Counted from the first letter of the stretch, positions 38,932 to 48,494 are shown. The stretch is DNA of 64,000 bases from Pseudomonadota bacterium (GCA_025360865.1 JANYBG010000140.1:5342-69341); one strand, 5' to 3'. Numbers and translations: made by a program. The notes: generated by a model from the sequence alone, not told the origin.

Positions 38932-41202
38932 TCAGCGGCTCCCGGCCGCGTACCAGAGGTCCCCGTCGCCTGCGCCCGCGCGACGTTCCGCGGTGGCATC
39001 ACTGGGCAGAGGCAGCTCGGTCAGCACGTCGGCCAGCGGAATGGGCCGGCCGATGGCGAAGCCCTGGCCGTAGTCCACGCCAAGTTCGGCGATGCGCAGG
39101 CTGATCGCCTCGGTCTCGATGTACTCAGCCACCGTGGTGATGGACATGCTGCGGGCGAGCTGGGCGATCGCCCGCACCATCGATTCCGCGCGGGTGTCCT
39201 TCAGGACATCACGCACGAAGCTGCCGTCGATCTTCAGCATGGTCACGGGCAGCTGGCGCAGGCAGGACAGCGAGGACAGGCCGGTGCCGAAATCATCCAG
39301 CGCCACGCCGCAGCCAAGGGCGCGCAGGCGGTGCATCAGGACTTCCGCGTGCGCGAGGTTCGCGACGGTGGCGTTCTCGGTGAGCTCGAAGCACAGCAGC
39401 TCAGGATCGAGCCCGCTGGTGGCGACGCGCTCGACCAGCATGTCGCCGAAAGAGTCATCGTTGAGGGACTGGCCGGAGAAGTTCACGCAGAACCCGAGCG
39501 CGCGGCCCTCGAGCACACTGGCGCGCGGCTGCAGCGCGTCGATCACGTGGTTGACGACCCAGCGGTCGATCACCGGCATCAGCTGGTAGCGCGTCGCCGC
39601 CGAGAGGAAGCTATCCGGACCGACTGTCTGGCCTTTCTCGTCGAACATGCGCAGCAGCAGTTCATAGTGCGGGCGCGCGCTCTCGGCGGCGGCGAACGGC
39701 AGGATCAGCTGGGCGTAGAGGTGCAGCCGTCCCTGGCCGATGGCGTCGCGCAGCTGCTCGGCGACGCCGATGTCGGCGAAGCGGCGCACGATGCTGACAT
39801 CGCTCGGCTGGTAGATCTCGACGCGGTTGCGGCCGCGGTCCTTGGCCGCCTTGCAGGCGGTCTCCGCGGCGGCCAGCACGTGCGCCAGTTCCTGGGCGGT
39901 GGGATCCATCGGCGCAACGCCGATGCTGATGGAGACCGGCATGCGCGTGTCGGCCTGCAGCGCGGCCAGCTGCTCGGCGCCCTCGCGCAGGGACTCGGCG
40001 AAGCCCTCGGCGTCGGCAGAGGCCGCGGACACCATGAGCACGAAGCGGTCACCGGAGATGCGCGCGCCGAAGCCACCGGGCGGCAGGCGCTTGCGCATGA
40101 GTTCGCCAAGCTGACCCAGCAGCGCATCGCCGACGTGCATGCCGGACTTCTCGTTGATGGCGTGCAGCTGGTCGACGTCGATGTACAGGACGCTCCAGGG
40201 CTGCGTGGGCTTGCGGTCGGCGATGACCGCGCGCACGCGCCGCTCGAACTCGGGGCGCGTGTACAGGCCGCTCAACGGATCGTAGCTGCTCTCGATGACC
40301 GCGATCGCCTTGCGGGCGAGGATCTCGGCGATGTGCGCGTCGCGCTGCGTGAATCCTTCCGCGGTCGGCTCGCGCAGCAGCACCAGCATCCCGATTGGGC
40401 GCCCGGCGCGCGAGTGCAGAGAGCAGCACAGCACGCGGTAGTGGAAGCCGTCGGGGTTCTCGGGCGACTGGGTCTCGTTCACCACCACCGGCGCGCGCTG
40501 CGACTGCGCGAGCGCGAGCAACTTGCGGTGCGCGCGCATGAGGAACTGAGTGTCCGCCGGCAGCAGCGCATCGCCCGAGCGCACCAGCGTCACGCTCTTC
40601 TCCGGCACCAGCAGCGCGCCGGTGGCCGCGTGCAGGTGTTCGATCGTCTGTTGCAGCAGCTGCTGCAGCTCGTTGGCGCCGTCGATCGCCGCCTGCACGT
40701 CCTGCGCCGAGCCCTGCGCCAGCAGCAGGTTGAGGTCCTTGTCGAGCCCGCCGACGGTCTGGTTGAGTTCCTCGATGGTGGCCTGCGCGATGAGGTCGCG
40801 CCGCAGGCACTCAAGCGCGGGTGACAGCAGCGAATGCACGAAGGAGAAATCCGCGGCCTTGCGGTCCGGCCCATCGGTTGGGCGCGTGAGCACCACGAGG
40901 ATCGACATGAGCCGCTGGTTGTCATCGCGCAGCGAGCACAGGTAGACCGGCTGGTTGCCCTCCATCATGCGCAGCTGGCCGGGCAGTCCCGGGTTGGTGC
41001 CCGCGCCCAGGAGCGCATCGTCGATGATGTTGACCAGATCCGGTCCGGTCATCGAGTCGGTGGACCAGACGAGCTCCCCGGAGGTGCCGAACATCGCGAT
41101 CGAGGTGGCGCGCGGCAGCAGCGCGCGCATCAGGCGCACGTAGGGCTCGAAGCGGTTACCCGGCTGGCCGGGTAGGTAATCGCCTGTGGCTCCCTGGTTC
41201 AT
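38932..41202 (-). CDS. GAF-like sensor / degenerate GGDEF / EAL domain protein
   Basis: 756 aa. The N-terminal ~330 aa has two GAF-like halves. The GGDEF domain carries ...ARISGDRFVLM (SGDRF instead of GGDEF). The EAL domain has ...YELLLRM..., ...FELTENA..., ...LDDFGTG..., ...LKIDGSF.... Confidence 0.9.
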   Translation of the reverse strand: MNQGATGDYLPGQPGNRFEPYVRLMRALLPRATSIAMFGTSGELVWSTDSMTGPDLVNIIDDALLGAGTNPGLPGQLRMMEGNQPVYLCSLRDDNQRLMSILVVLTRPTDGPDRKAADFSFVHSLLSPALECLRRDLIAQATIEELNQTVGGLDKDLNLLLAQGSAQDVQAAIDGANELQQLLQQTIEHLHAATGALLVPEKSVTLVRSGDALLPADTQFLMRAHRKLLALAQSQRAPVVVNETQSPENPDGFHYRVLCCSLHSRAGRPIGMLVLLREPTAEGFTQRDAHIAEILARKAIAVIESSYDPLSGLYTRPEFERRVRAVIADRKPTQPWSVLYIDVDQLHAINEKSGMHVGDALLGQLGELMRKRLPPGGFGARISGDRFVLMVSAASADAEGFAESLREGAEQLAALQADTRMPVSISIGVAPMDPTAQELAHVLAAAETACKAAKDRGRNRVEIYQPSDVSIVRRFADIGVAEQLRDAIGQGRLHLYAQLILPFAAAESARPHYELLLRMFDEKGQTVGPDSFLSAATRYQLMPVIDRWVVNHVIDALQPRASVLEGRALGFCVNFSGQSLNDDSFGDMLVERVATSGLDPELLCFELTENATVANLAHAEVLMHRLRALGCGVALDDFGTGLSSLSCLRQLPVTMLKIDGSFVRDVLKDTRAESMVRAIAQLARSMSITTVAEYIETEAISLRIAELGVDYGQGFAIGRPIPLADVLTELPLPSDATAERRAGAGDGDLWYAAGSR

Positions 41203-41365
41203 GCCCGTTCGCGTGCCTGTGGATCACCGATAAAGAGGTGAGGGTACGATCGCGCACGCCGGTTTCGCGGTCCTTGCGCGAGTTGGCGAATCCGCGGGGC
41301 GCGAGTATGTAAAAACCCCGGACAGTGACGGCGGTCACACGGCGGCGGTGGGGAGCCCCTGCGAC

Positions 41366-42607
41366 CTAAGGATCCTGGGAGCGGAACCAGGGCCGCGGAT
41401 CCACAGGCTTGCCGGCCTTGCGGATCTCGAAGTAAAGCTGCGTGCGGCTGCTGCCGCCACTGTCCCCGGCCGCGGCGATGGTGTCCCCCGCGACGACGTT
41501 CTCACCGACGGCCTTGTAGAGGCGCTCGTTGTGACCGTAGAGGCTCAGGTATCCGTCGCCGTGGTCGACGATGGCGAGGAGCCCCAAGCCCGGAAGCCAG
41601 TCCGCGTAGATGACACGCCCCTGGCAGACCGCCTTCACGGGATTGCCGCGCTCGGTGGCCACCAGCACCCCATCCCAGAGCACCCCGCCAGCTCGCGAGT
41701 CACCGAAGCGCGCGATGAGGCGGCCGCTGACGGGCCAGTTGAGCTTGCCGCGCAGGCGCGTGAAGGCATCGTTGCCGGTCACCGGGAAGCGCTCGGAGGC
41801 GGTGCGCAGCTCGCGCAGCAGCTTCTCCAGGCCTGCCTGCTGCGTGCGCAGGCGCTCCAGGTTCTGGGCGCGCGTGTGCGACTGGACCTCGAGGCTCGCC
41901 AGCACCCTGGAGCGCTTCTGGCGCGCCTGCTCCAGATCGGCCAGGCGCGCGCGCTGCTGTGTTTCCAGCTCCGCGAGCTTGTCGTCCTCGGCCTCAAGTT
42001 CCCCCTGCAACTGCGCGATGCGCCCGACGTCGTCCTCGATCAGCCGGATCTGCCCGGCGCGGGCGCGGCCGAAGTAGCTGTAGTAGGCGAACATGCGTCC
42101 GGCACGCGCGGGGTCCCGCTGGTTGAGCAGCAGCTTCAGCGGCTCCTGGCGCCCTATCAGATAAGCCGCGCGCATCTGCCCGGCAAGAGCCGCGCGGTTC
42201 TCGCTGAGCTGGGTCTCGCGCGCCTGCTTCTCGGTGGCGAGGGCGGTGCGCCGCGCGGCCCCTTCGCCGCGTTCGCGGCGCACTTCCAGGAGCGCCCCGC
42301 GCACATCGCTCACCGACATCTCAGCGGCGCGTAGCGCGCCGCTGAGCCGGTCGCGCTCCACCTGCTCGGCGCTCACCTCGCGGGTGATGCGCTCGATCTC
42401 AGCCTTGACCGCCTCCAGGCGGGCCTCGGTCTTCTGGGTGTCGCCGCCCGCCGGATGGGGGCCTGCGGCGGCGCTGGACGTGATCCAGAGCGCCGCTGAG
42501 GCCAGCAGCCCCGGTAGTGCGAGCCGCGAGGTGCCGAAAAGCACCGGGGCGCTATAATGCGCGCCCTTTTTCGCCCCCGGCATACCCGCCTCCCCCATGG
42601 ATCGCAT
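41366..42607 (-). CDS. envC: murein hydrolase activator EnvC-like (coiled coil + M23/LytM domain)
   Basis: 413 aa. Signal/anchor, a long coiled coil (...LEAVKAEIERITREV...), and a C-terminal LytM domain ...GDTIAAAGDSGG...QLYFEIRKAGKPVDP. The longest start overlaps the divergent rhodanese gene. ATG at 42583 is the alternative. Confidence 0.85.
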   Translation of the reverse strand: MRSMGEAGMPGAKKGAHYSAPVLFGTSRLALPGLLASAALWITSSAAAGPHPAGGDTQKTEARLEAVKAEIERITREVSAEQVERDRLSGALRAAEMSVSDVRGALLEVRRERGEGAARRTALATEKQARETQLSENRAALAGQMRAAYLIGRQEPLKLLLNQRDPARAGRMFAYYSYFGRARAGQIRLIEDDVGRIAQLQGELEAEDDKLAELETQQRARLADLEQARQKRSRVLASLEVQSHTRAQNLERLRTQQAGLEKLLRELRTASERFPVTGNDAFTRLRGKLNWPVSGRLIARFGDSRAGGVLWDGVLVATERGNPVKAVCQGRVIYADWLPGLGLLAIVDHGDGYLSLYGHNERLYKAVGENVVAGDTIAAAGDSGGSSRTQLYFEIRKAGKPVDPRPWFRSQDP

Positions 42608-43019
42608 CCTCGACTATCTCGCCCATCACCCCTGGCTGTCCCTGGGCACCGTCCTCGTGGCCGCCCTTGTCGTGGTCTACGAGCTGCGCTCGCGCAACGA
42701 AGGCCAGATCACGGTCTCACCGCAGGACCTGATCCGGCTGATGAACCAGGGAGCGCTCGTGCTGGACCTGCGCTCCCAGGAGCAGTTCCAGGCCGGCCAC
42801 CTCGCCGGCGCCCGCCAGATGAATGGCGAGCAGATCTTAAAGGCCGGTGACACTCTGAAGAAGCATAAGGAAAAGCTGGTGATCGTGTATGACGATACCG
42901 GCTCCCTCGGCGGCCCCGCTGTGCGCCAGCTCAATGCCCAGGGCTTCACCAAGGCGTTCGCGCTGCGCGGCGGACTCACCGCCTGGCGCGCCGACAACCT
43001 GCCCCTATCGCGCGCCTGA
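42597..43019 (+). CDS. rhodanese-like domain protein (YibN-like)
   Basis: 140 aa. N-terminal TM helix plus a rhodanese fold. Position upstream of grxC-secB-gpsA matches E. coli yibN. Confidence 0.85.
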   Translation: MDRILDYLAHHPWLSLGTVLVAALVVVYELRSRNEGQITVSPQDLIRLMNQGALVLDLRSQEQFQAGHLAGARQMNGEQILKAGDTLKKHKEKLVIVYDDTGSLGGPAVRQLNAQGFTKAFALRGGLTAWRADNLPLSRA

Positions 43020-43039
43020 GGGCGCGCCGGGTTAGAAAC

Positions 43040-43309
43040 ATGGGTGCGCCGAAGGTCGTGATGTACAGCGCGGACTGGTGCGGCTACTGCGCGCGGGCGC
43101 GCGCGCTGCTGGCCTCCAAGGCGGTGCCCTTCGAGGAGATCAACACGGATCAGGTCCGCGGCGCGCGCCAGGAGTCGCAGGCGCGCAGCGGCCGCACCTC
43201 GATCCCGCAGATTTTCATCGGTGACCAGCACGTCGGCGGGTCCGATGAGCTCGCGGCCCTGGAGGCCGATGGCCGCCTGGATTCCCTGCTGAAACCTACG
43301 GAGCCCTAG
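43040..43309 (+). CDS. grxC: glutaredoxin 3
   Basis: 89 aa. Active site CGYC, plus ...TSIPQIFIGDQHVGGSDEL... Confidence 0.92.
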   Translation: MGAPKVVMYSADWCGYCARARALLASKAVPFEEINTDQVRGARQESQARSGRTSIPQIFIGDQHVGGSDELAALEADGRLDSLLKPTEP

Positions 43310-43314
43310 ACAAC

Positions 43315-43788
43315 ATGACGAACGACATAGCCGGCGCGGAAGCCGCCGCCGCCGAGACCGGTCCGGTGCTGGCCCTGCAGACCGTGTACCTGAAGGACTG
43401 CAGCTACGAGTCCCCGACCGGGCCGCGGGTGGATGGCAACTGGAACCCGCAGATCAGCCTCGACCTGCAGACAGGCTCCGCCCAGCTGGGCCCGGACCTG
43501 CGCGAAGTCGTGCTCACCGTCACCGTGTCGGCGAAGTTCGGTGAGGCCACCTTGTTCCTGGTCGAGGTGAAACAGGCCGGCCTCTTCACCATCCGCAACC
43601 TGTCCGAGGATGACACCAAGCGCGCGGTCAGCTCCACCTGCCCGGGCGTGCTCTTCCCGTACGCGCGCGCGGCGATCTCGAGCCTGGTGAGCCAGGGCGG
43701 CTTCCCGCAGTTCCTGCTGCCGCCGGTGAACTTCGACGCGTTGTACGCGGCGAACCAGTCGCAACAGACTCCGATGACGACCAACTGA
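43315..43788 (+). CDS. secB: protein-export chaperone SecB
   Basis: 157 aa. ...LQTVYLKDCSYESP... and ...PFLLPPVNFDALY... Confidence 0.93.
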   Translation: MTNDIAGAEAAAAETGPVLALQTVYLKDCSYESPTGPRVDGNWNPQISLDLQTGSAQLGPDLREVVLTVTVSAKFGEATLFLVEVKQAGLFTIRNLSEDDTKRAVSSTCPGVLFPYARAAISSLVSQGGFPQFLLPPVNFDALYAANQSQQTPMTTN

Positions 43789-43839
43789 GGCCGCCCCGCG
43801 CCGGATAAGGCCCACGTTGCAGCGAACGAACGCACCAGC

Positions 43840-44859
43840 ATGAGCCAGCGCGCGCCCAAAGATGCCGCGATCGCCGTGCTCGGCGCTGGTTCCTGGGGCA
43901 CCGCGCTCGCGGTGCAGTTCGCCCGCGGCGGGCGAGCGGTGCGCCTGTGGGGTCGCGATGCGCCGCAGCTCGCGCGGATGGCGCTCGATGGCCGCAACGA
44001 GCGCTACCTGCCGGGCACCTCTTTTCCCGAGACGCTGCGGATCGCCTCGGAGCTCCCCGATGCGCTCAAGGGTGCGCACGATGTCCTGGTCGTGGTGCCG
44101 AGTCAGGGCCTGCGGTCCATGCTCGAGCGGCTCGCACCGTGGCTGACCGATGCGATGCGCGTCGCCTGGGCCACCAAGGGTTTCGAGGCCGACACCGGCA
44201 AGCTGCCGCACCAGGTCGCGCGCGATGTGCTCGGAGCGGCGCGCGCGGGCGCGGTGCTCTCCGGACCCACCTTCGCGCGCGAGGTCGGCGCGGGCCTGCC
44301 GACGGCGATGACCGTCGCCTCCGCGGACGCCGCCTACGCCCAGTCGCTGGCGACCGAACTGTCTTCCGAGAATTTCCGCGCCTATACCTCAAGCGACATC
44401 ATGGGAGTGGAGATCGGCGGCGCGGTGAAGAACGCGCTGGCGGTCGCGGCCGGGCTCTCCGACGGCCTGGGATTCGGTGCCAACACGCGGGTGGCGCTCA
44501 TCACCCGGGGCCTGCGGGAAATGACGCGACTGGGTGTGGCGCTGGGGGCGGAGGCCCAGACGTTCATGGGGCTCGCGGGCCTGGGCGACCTGGTGCTCAC
44601 CTGCACCGATGATCAGTCGCGCAATCGCCGCTTCGGCCTGCTGCTGGCCACAGGCATCACCCCACAGATGGCACTCGAGCGCATCGGGCAGGCCGTCGAG
44701 GGATACGGCGCCGCGCGCGCCATCCACCAGGTCGCCACTCGCGCAGGCGTCGAGATGCCGCTGTGCGAGATGGCCTACCGGGTGCTCTACGAGGGCATGT
44801 CAGCCGGTGATGCGGTGCGCACCCTGATGAGCCGGCCGGTGAGATCGGAAGCGGGCTGA
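43840..44859 (+). CDS. gpsA: NAD(P)H-dependent glycerol-3-phosphate dehydrogenase
   Basis: 339 aa. GAGSWGTALA dinucleotide fold, ...GVEIGGAVKN..., ...RNRRFG... Confidence 0.93.
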   Translation: MSQRAPKDAAIAVLGAGSWGTALAVQFARGGRAVRLWGRDAPQLARMALDGRNERYLPGTSFPETLRIASELPDALKGAHDVLVVVPSQGLRSMLERLAPWLTDAMRVAWATKGFEADTGKLPHQVARDVLGAARAGAVLSGPTFAREVGAGLPTAMTVASADAAYAQSLATELSSENFRAYTSSDIMGVEIGGAVKNALAVAAGLSDGLGFGANTRVALITRGLREMTRLGVALGAEAQTFMGLAGLGDLVLTCTDDQSRNRRFGLLLATGITPQMALERIGQAVEGYGAARAIHQVATRAGVEMPLCEMAYRVLYEGMSAGDAVRTLMSRPVRSEAG

Positions 44860-45050
44860 TCAGCCCGGATCGGGCGAACCGCGGCCCAGCCGCCGCCGAA
44901 GGCGCGACCCAGGAGCTCACGGAGATCGGTGGCGGCATCAACCTGAATCCGCCGCGGCCTTCGCGCCCCTGATGTGGCACGTGACGAATCCCGCTAGAAC
45001 CCCAGTCCCAACGCGTCCGCCAGGGTCGGACTCGCGGAGACGGTGTGTGT

Positions 45051-45605
45051 TCATGATTCCCGTGATGCTCCGCGGTGAGGCGGCACTGACAGGTTCCACG
45101 CGACCACCGTGAGCAACACCGCCGCGGTGAATACCTCGCCGCCGATGGTGAGGTTCATCATGCGAGAGTGCGCCGACACCGGCGCCCGCGCGTAGTGATC
45201 GAGGCCCGCGAATCCCAACACCGCGTAGGCGCCGAGGCAGGCAAGGCCTGCGCGCGCATGCCGCAGCCGCAGCAGCGCGCAGCCCAGCACGCCGACCGCG
45301 GTGACCAAGCCCCAGGCGAGGTACACCTGCGCGCCCGTGAGCGATGCCGGCAGGTTTGGGTAGGCGGCAAGACGGGTCGCGTTGTGCACGTGGTGGCAGA
45401 GGCTCGCCAGGGCATACGCCAGCAGCGTAGGCGGCAGCCAGCCCGCGGCCCGCGTGGCCGCCGGTCTTGTCATGCCGTGGACCGGGTGATGTCCGGCATC
45501 CGCGCGGTCTGGCGAGTCGCCGATGAGGGGGCAGACGAGGGTCGGCCCGACCGTGGTGGCCAACAGCGGTCCCGGCGCGATCGGGGGGGATTTGGGTCGG
45601 GCCAC
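45051..45605 (-). CDS. hypothetical membrane protein (start uncertain)
   Basis: About four TM helices and a His-rich CHHVHN segment. Starts are possible at GTG 45605 or ATG 45473. See the G7-tract finding for a possible longer frameshifted form. Confidence 0.5.
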   Translation of the reverse strand: MARPKSPPIAPGPLLATTVGPTLVCPLIGDSPDRADAGHHPVHGMTRPAATRAAGWLPPTLLAYALASLCHHVHNATRLAAYPNLPASLTGAQVYLAWGLVTAVGVLGCALLRLRHARAGLACLGAYAVLGFAGLDHYARAPVSAHSRMMNLTIGGEVFTAAVLLTVVAWNLSVPPHRGASRES

Positions 45606-45750
45606 AACCCTACCCCCGCGGCGATGATGAATAGCGGCGGCCGGCGGCCGATCACGGCGGGCACAAATCCCACGCGGATCCAGTTCGAACGCGGATACCG
45701 GCCCATGCGCCCTCCGATCTCCTGTGGGGAATACCCGTCGCGGGCACCCG

Positions 45751-46170
45751 CTACCGACCCATCCCCAGGCCCGCCATCGCCAGCGCCATCAGCGCCAGCA
45801 TGGCGATGAGGATCGCGAGCGAGATACCGACCACGCGCCCCCACGAATGCCGCACCCAGCCGGCGCCACCCCGGCGGGCGATCTCGGCGGTGAAGACAAG
45901 TCGCGCATACACCCCATAGGAGCCGGCGATCACGCCTGCGACCAGAGACCCGTCGGCGGGGTCGACCTGGTTACCCAGTTCGTGACCTACTACAACGCCC
46001 GCCACCACGACGAGGCAGCTGACCAACAGCGCGGCGCGGCCGCGGTCTGTGGCTCCGAAGGCGTTATGGTCGCTGGCGATGAGATAGCCACCGGCCATGG
46101 GCCCGCCCAGCAGGGTGCCCACCAGGATCTGCCAGGGCGAGAAGTATTGTCGGCGCGCGGTGGTTTCCAA
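45751..46170 (-). CDS. hypothetical membrane protein
   Basis: The hydrophobic C-terminal 139 codons of the 225-aa track ORF, starting at a TTG with GGAAGA 5 nt upstream. The longer form would overlap the FMN reductase gene and is R/P/G-rich. Confidence 0.4.
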   Translation of the reverse strand: METTARRQYFSPWQILVGTLLGGPMAGGYLIASDHNAFGATDRGRAALLVSCLVVVAGVVVGHELGNQVDPADGSLVAGVIAGSYGVYARLVFTAEIARRGGAGWVRHSWGRVVGISLAILIAMLALMALAMAGLGMGR

Positions 46171-46274
46171 CGGATCTTCCGGTGAGGCGGCGATGCTGCG
46201 TCGCCGTGGCGACAGGCTACTTGAGGGCGGCCCCGCGCTCCACCGGCATCGACGGCCGGCGGCGGCGGGCGGCT

Positions 46275-46829
46275 TCAGCGCACGGGAAAGGACGGACTCC
46301 GCGGCGGGGCCTGCGCGTGGTGGGCGCGCATCGCGCCCAGGGCCTCGCTCAGTGGCCCGGTGACCGCGTCGCACTGACTCATCGCCTCCTCGTCCAGATT
46401 CGCGGCCAGGAGCGCGATCGTCACGCACGCCTCCTCGATGAGCGTGGCCGACATCGTCCGCAGCGTCAGCCGTAGCGCGTCCTGCGCGTGGTGGGCGCGC
46501 GCGGCGGCGTTCAGGAGCGCCACCGGCTTGCCGACGAAGCCCTTGTGACTGACGAGCCAGTCGAGCGCGTTCTTGATGCCGCCGGTGACGCCCCGGGCGT
46601 ATTCGGGGCTTGCGACCAGCAGGGCATCGGCCCGATCGACCTCGCCGCGCAGCGCGAGCACGGGGGCGGGAACCCGCGACTCGAGGTCCGGGTTGAACAA
46701 TGGCAGTGCGCCGACTCCCGCATACAGGTTGATGCGCATGCCCGGTGGTGCGATGCGCGCGGCCGTGCGCAGGAGCGCGGAGTTTAGGGAGGCCGCGCGC
46801 AGGCTTCCGGAAATGGCCAGCACGTTCAT
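46275..46829 (-). CDS. NADPH-dependent FMN reductase family protein
   Basis: 184 aa. MNVLAISGSLRAASLNSALL...ASPEYARGVTGGIKNALDW... Confidence 0.85.
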   Translation of the reverse strand: MNVLAISGSLRAASLNSALLRTAARIAPPGMRINLYAGVGALPLFNPDLESRVPAPVLALRGEVDRADALLVASPEYARGVTGGIKNALDWLVSHKGFVGKPVALLNAAARAHHAQDALRLTLRTMSATLIEEACVTIALLAANLDEEAMSQCDAVTGPLSEALGAMRAHHAQAPPRSPSFPVR

Positions 46830-46844
46830 GGGAACAAAGGCCGG

Positions 46845-47306
46845 TCAGCCCCGGAAGGCGAGGAGTTTCACGATTTCCAGCCGCTCACGCAGCTGCGCCT
46901 GTGAGTCGGCGCTCACCCACACGTGGGCGACGTAGCGCTTGCTCACCCTGATAAGCGTCTGCACCGACTGCGCATCAGACCCGGAAGGCGAATCGCGCCG
47001 ATACCACACGACCTGCCAGCCGCCGACGACACCCGAGCCTGCCGGCGTTGCGCGCGACGGATCAAAGTTCGGCTCGTTGCCGAAGTAGATGCCGATGACG
47101 GTGGCGCTGGAGCCGCCCAGGGTGGCGTAGCAGACCCCGAAGTCCGTCCCGCCCTGGTACGACCAGCTCAGTCCCGAGCCGGCCGGGAGCAGCGGGCACG
47201 ACTCCAGCGCCAGATCCGCGCGCGCGCTGGCGGCCAGCCCGAGCGCGACGAGGAATACGAGACACCGCGGACGCGCCCGGACCCGGGGATTGCGAGTTCT
47301 CATCAC
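46845..47306 (-). CDS. hypothetical secreted protein
   Basis: 153 aa. Arg-rich n-region plus LVFLVALGLAASARA signal peptide. 4-nt overlap with the DinB gene. Family not recognised. Confidence 0.6.
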   Translation of the reverse strand: MMRTRNPRVRARPRCLVFLVALGLAASARADLALESCPLLPAGSGLSWSYQGGTDFGVCYATLGGSSATVIGIYFGNEPNFDPSRATPAGSGVVGGWQVVWYRRDSPSGSDAQSVQTLIRVSKRYVAHVWVSADSQAQLRERLEIVKLLAFRG

Positions 47307-47806
47307 GGCGACGCGAGCTCTCGCAGCATGACCATGAGATCCAGCGGCGCAGGTTCGGCCATCCCCAGGCGCGTCAGCGCCGCGTGCGCCTGGCCGCGAT
47401 GATGGGTCTGGTGGTTGAACAGGTGCGCCCGTATCTCCTCGAGCCTGTGGCGCTGGGGTGTTCCGTTGAGCGTGCGGTAATCGCGCACCGCATCGAACGC
47501 GTCCTCGTCCAGCGCCTCGACGAAGCGCACGATCCGCCCGTCCTCGCCGGCGCGGGCCGCGCGCAGGGCGGTGAAGTCCTGCTCCTGGATGGCGTTCAGC
47601 GCGCGCGGCTCAGCGCCGACGCCCTCCAGTCGGCGCATCCATATGCGGCCGCTCGCCAGCAGGTGGTTCAGCGTCCCATGCACGCTTGCGAAGGACACCC
47701 CGACATCCTCGCGATAGCGCGCTTCGTCCAGCGCCGCCGCCATGGCGTACAGCCGCTCGTTGGCCCAGCGGTTGTAGTTGGCCATCATCAGGAAGTGACG
47801 CCGCAT
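47303..47806 (-). CDS. DinB family protein
   Basis: 167 aa. ...MANYNRWANERLY...HGTLNHLL...LFNHQTHHRGQ... is a His-triad four-helix bundle. Confidence 0.85.
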   Translation of the reverse strand: MRRHFLMMANYNRWANERLYAMAAALDEARYREDVGVSFASVHGTLNHLLASGRIWMRRLEGVGAEPRALNAIQEQDFTALRAARAGEDGRIVRFVEALDEDAFDAVRDYRTLNGTPQRHRLEEIRAHLFNHQTHHRGQAHAALTRLGMAEPAPLDLMVMLRELASP

Positions 47807-47978
47807 CGCTTCGCCCGTACGCGTAGTGGTGTTCAGCGCGTTATCTCGACCCGATGGCGCGCACGCTCCGGCGCGCCCACACCATGCCCACCGGGGCCAC
47901 CCGCGAGAACAGCATCCGCCGCCAGAACGTCGGCTCGATGAATACGCTTCCCCGCCATGTGCGTGACTGCCGCGCGGA

Positions 47979-48494
47979 TCAGAAGGTGATTCGTGTGCCA
48001 GTCGCCGTGCCCTCGCCAGCGCCCGCGGCTGGCTTGCCGTTCACATCGAACGCGGCGTAGCTGACCTTCGCGGTGTACGAGTCGCCATCGGCGCTGAGGG
48101 TGATCTCCTCGGTGAAGACCCCGTGACCGTCAGGTGCCCAGCCGCCACCCTTGGTGATGTCCCGCAAGCTCGCCGGCGCCTTGGTGACGTAGAACAGGTA
48201 CTTGCTCTGGAACCGGTTCGCACCCGTGCGCCGCCAGATCCCGTACGCCGGCGGCACCGGCGGCGCGGCGTCGTAGTTGGAGGACTCGGTCAGCGTGCCG
48301 CCCTCGTTGTAGACGTAGCTGAACTCCAGGTCCTTCATGTCGACGAAGGCGCCGCCCTTGAAGCGCATCTGCGCGCGCCAGGCGCCGGTGAGAGATCCCG
48401 GCGCGCCACTCGCGGCCGGCGCGCTGGGATCGGCCCAGGCGATGGCGGCGAGCACCGCGGCAAGCGTGATCAACCAGGCAACTGGGTTCTTCAT
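47979..48494 (-). CDS. hypothetical secreted protein
   Basis: Internal ATG of the track ORF. 171 aa with signal peptide MKNPVAWLITLAAVLAAIAWA and a beta-rich mature part. Family not recognised. Confidence 0.62.
   Translation of the reverse strand: MKNPVAWLITLAAVLAAIAWADPSAPAASGAPGSLTGAWRAQMRFKGGAFVDMKDLEFSYVYNEGGTLTESSNYDAAPPVPPAYGIWRRTGANRFQSKYLFYVTKAPASLRDITKGGGWAPDGHGVFTEEITLSADGDSYTAKVSYAAFDVNGKPAAGAGEGTATGTRITF

Noticed and set aside
38395-40824. 809-aa plus-strand ORF, the longest in the track
   Set aside because: It is entirely antisense to the well-supported GAF-GGDEF-EAL gene. Its translation is R/A/G/H/Q-rich with no recognisable motif. This is the typical stop-poor antisense frame of high-GC DNA.
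41218-41226. DnaA-box-like TGTGGATCA, and a general search for oriC features because rsmG-parAB-atp is origin-proximal in many bacteria
   Set aside because: It is a single imperfect box. I could see no cluster of TTATCCACA-like boxes, AT-rich 13-mers or GATC clustering anywhere in the window.
41156-41338. 60-aa minus-strand ORF in the gap upstream of the GGDEF-EAL gene
   Set aside because: It overlaps the GGDEF-EAL start, has no SD, and has no coding-like composition. It is more likely 5' UTR or promoter DNA.
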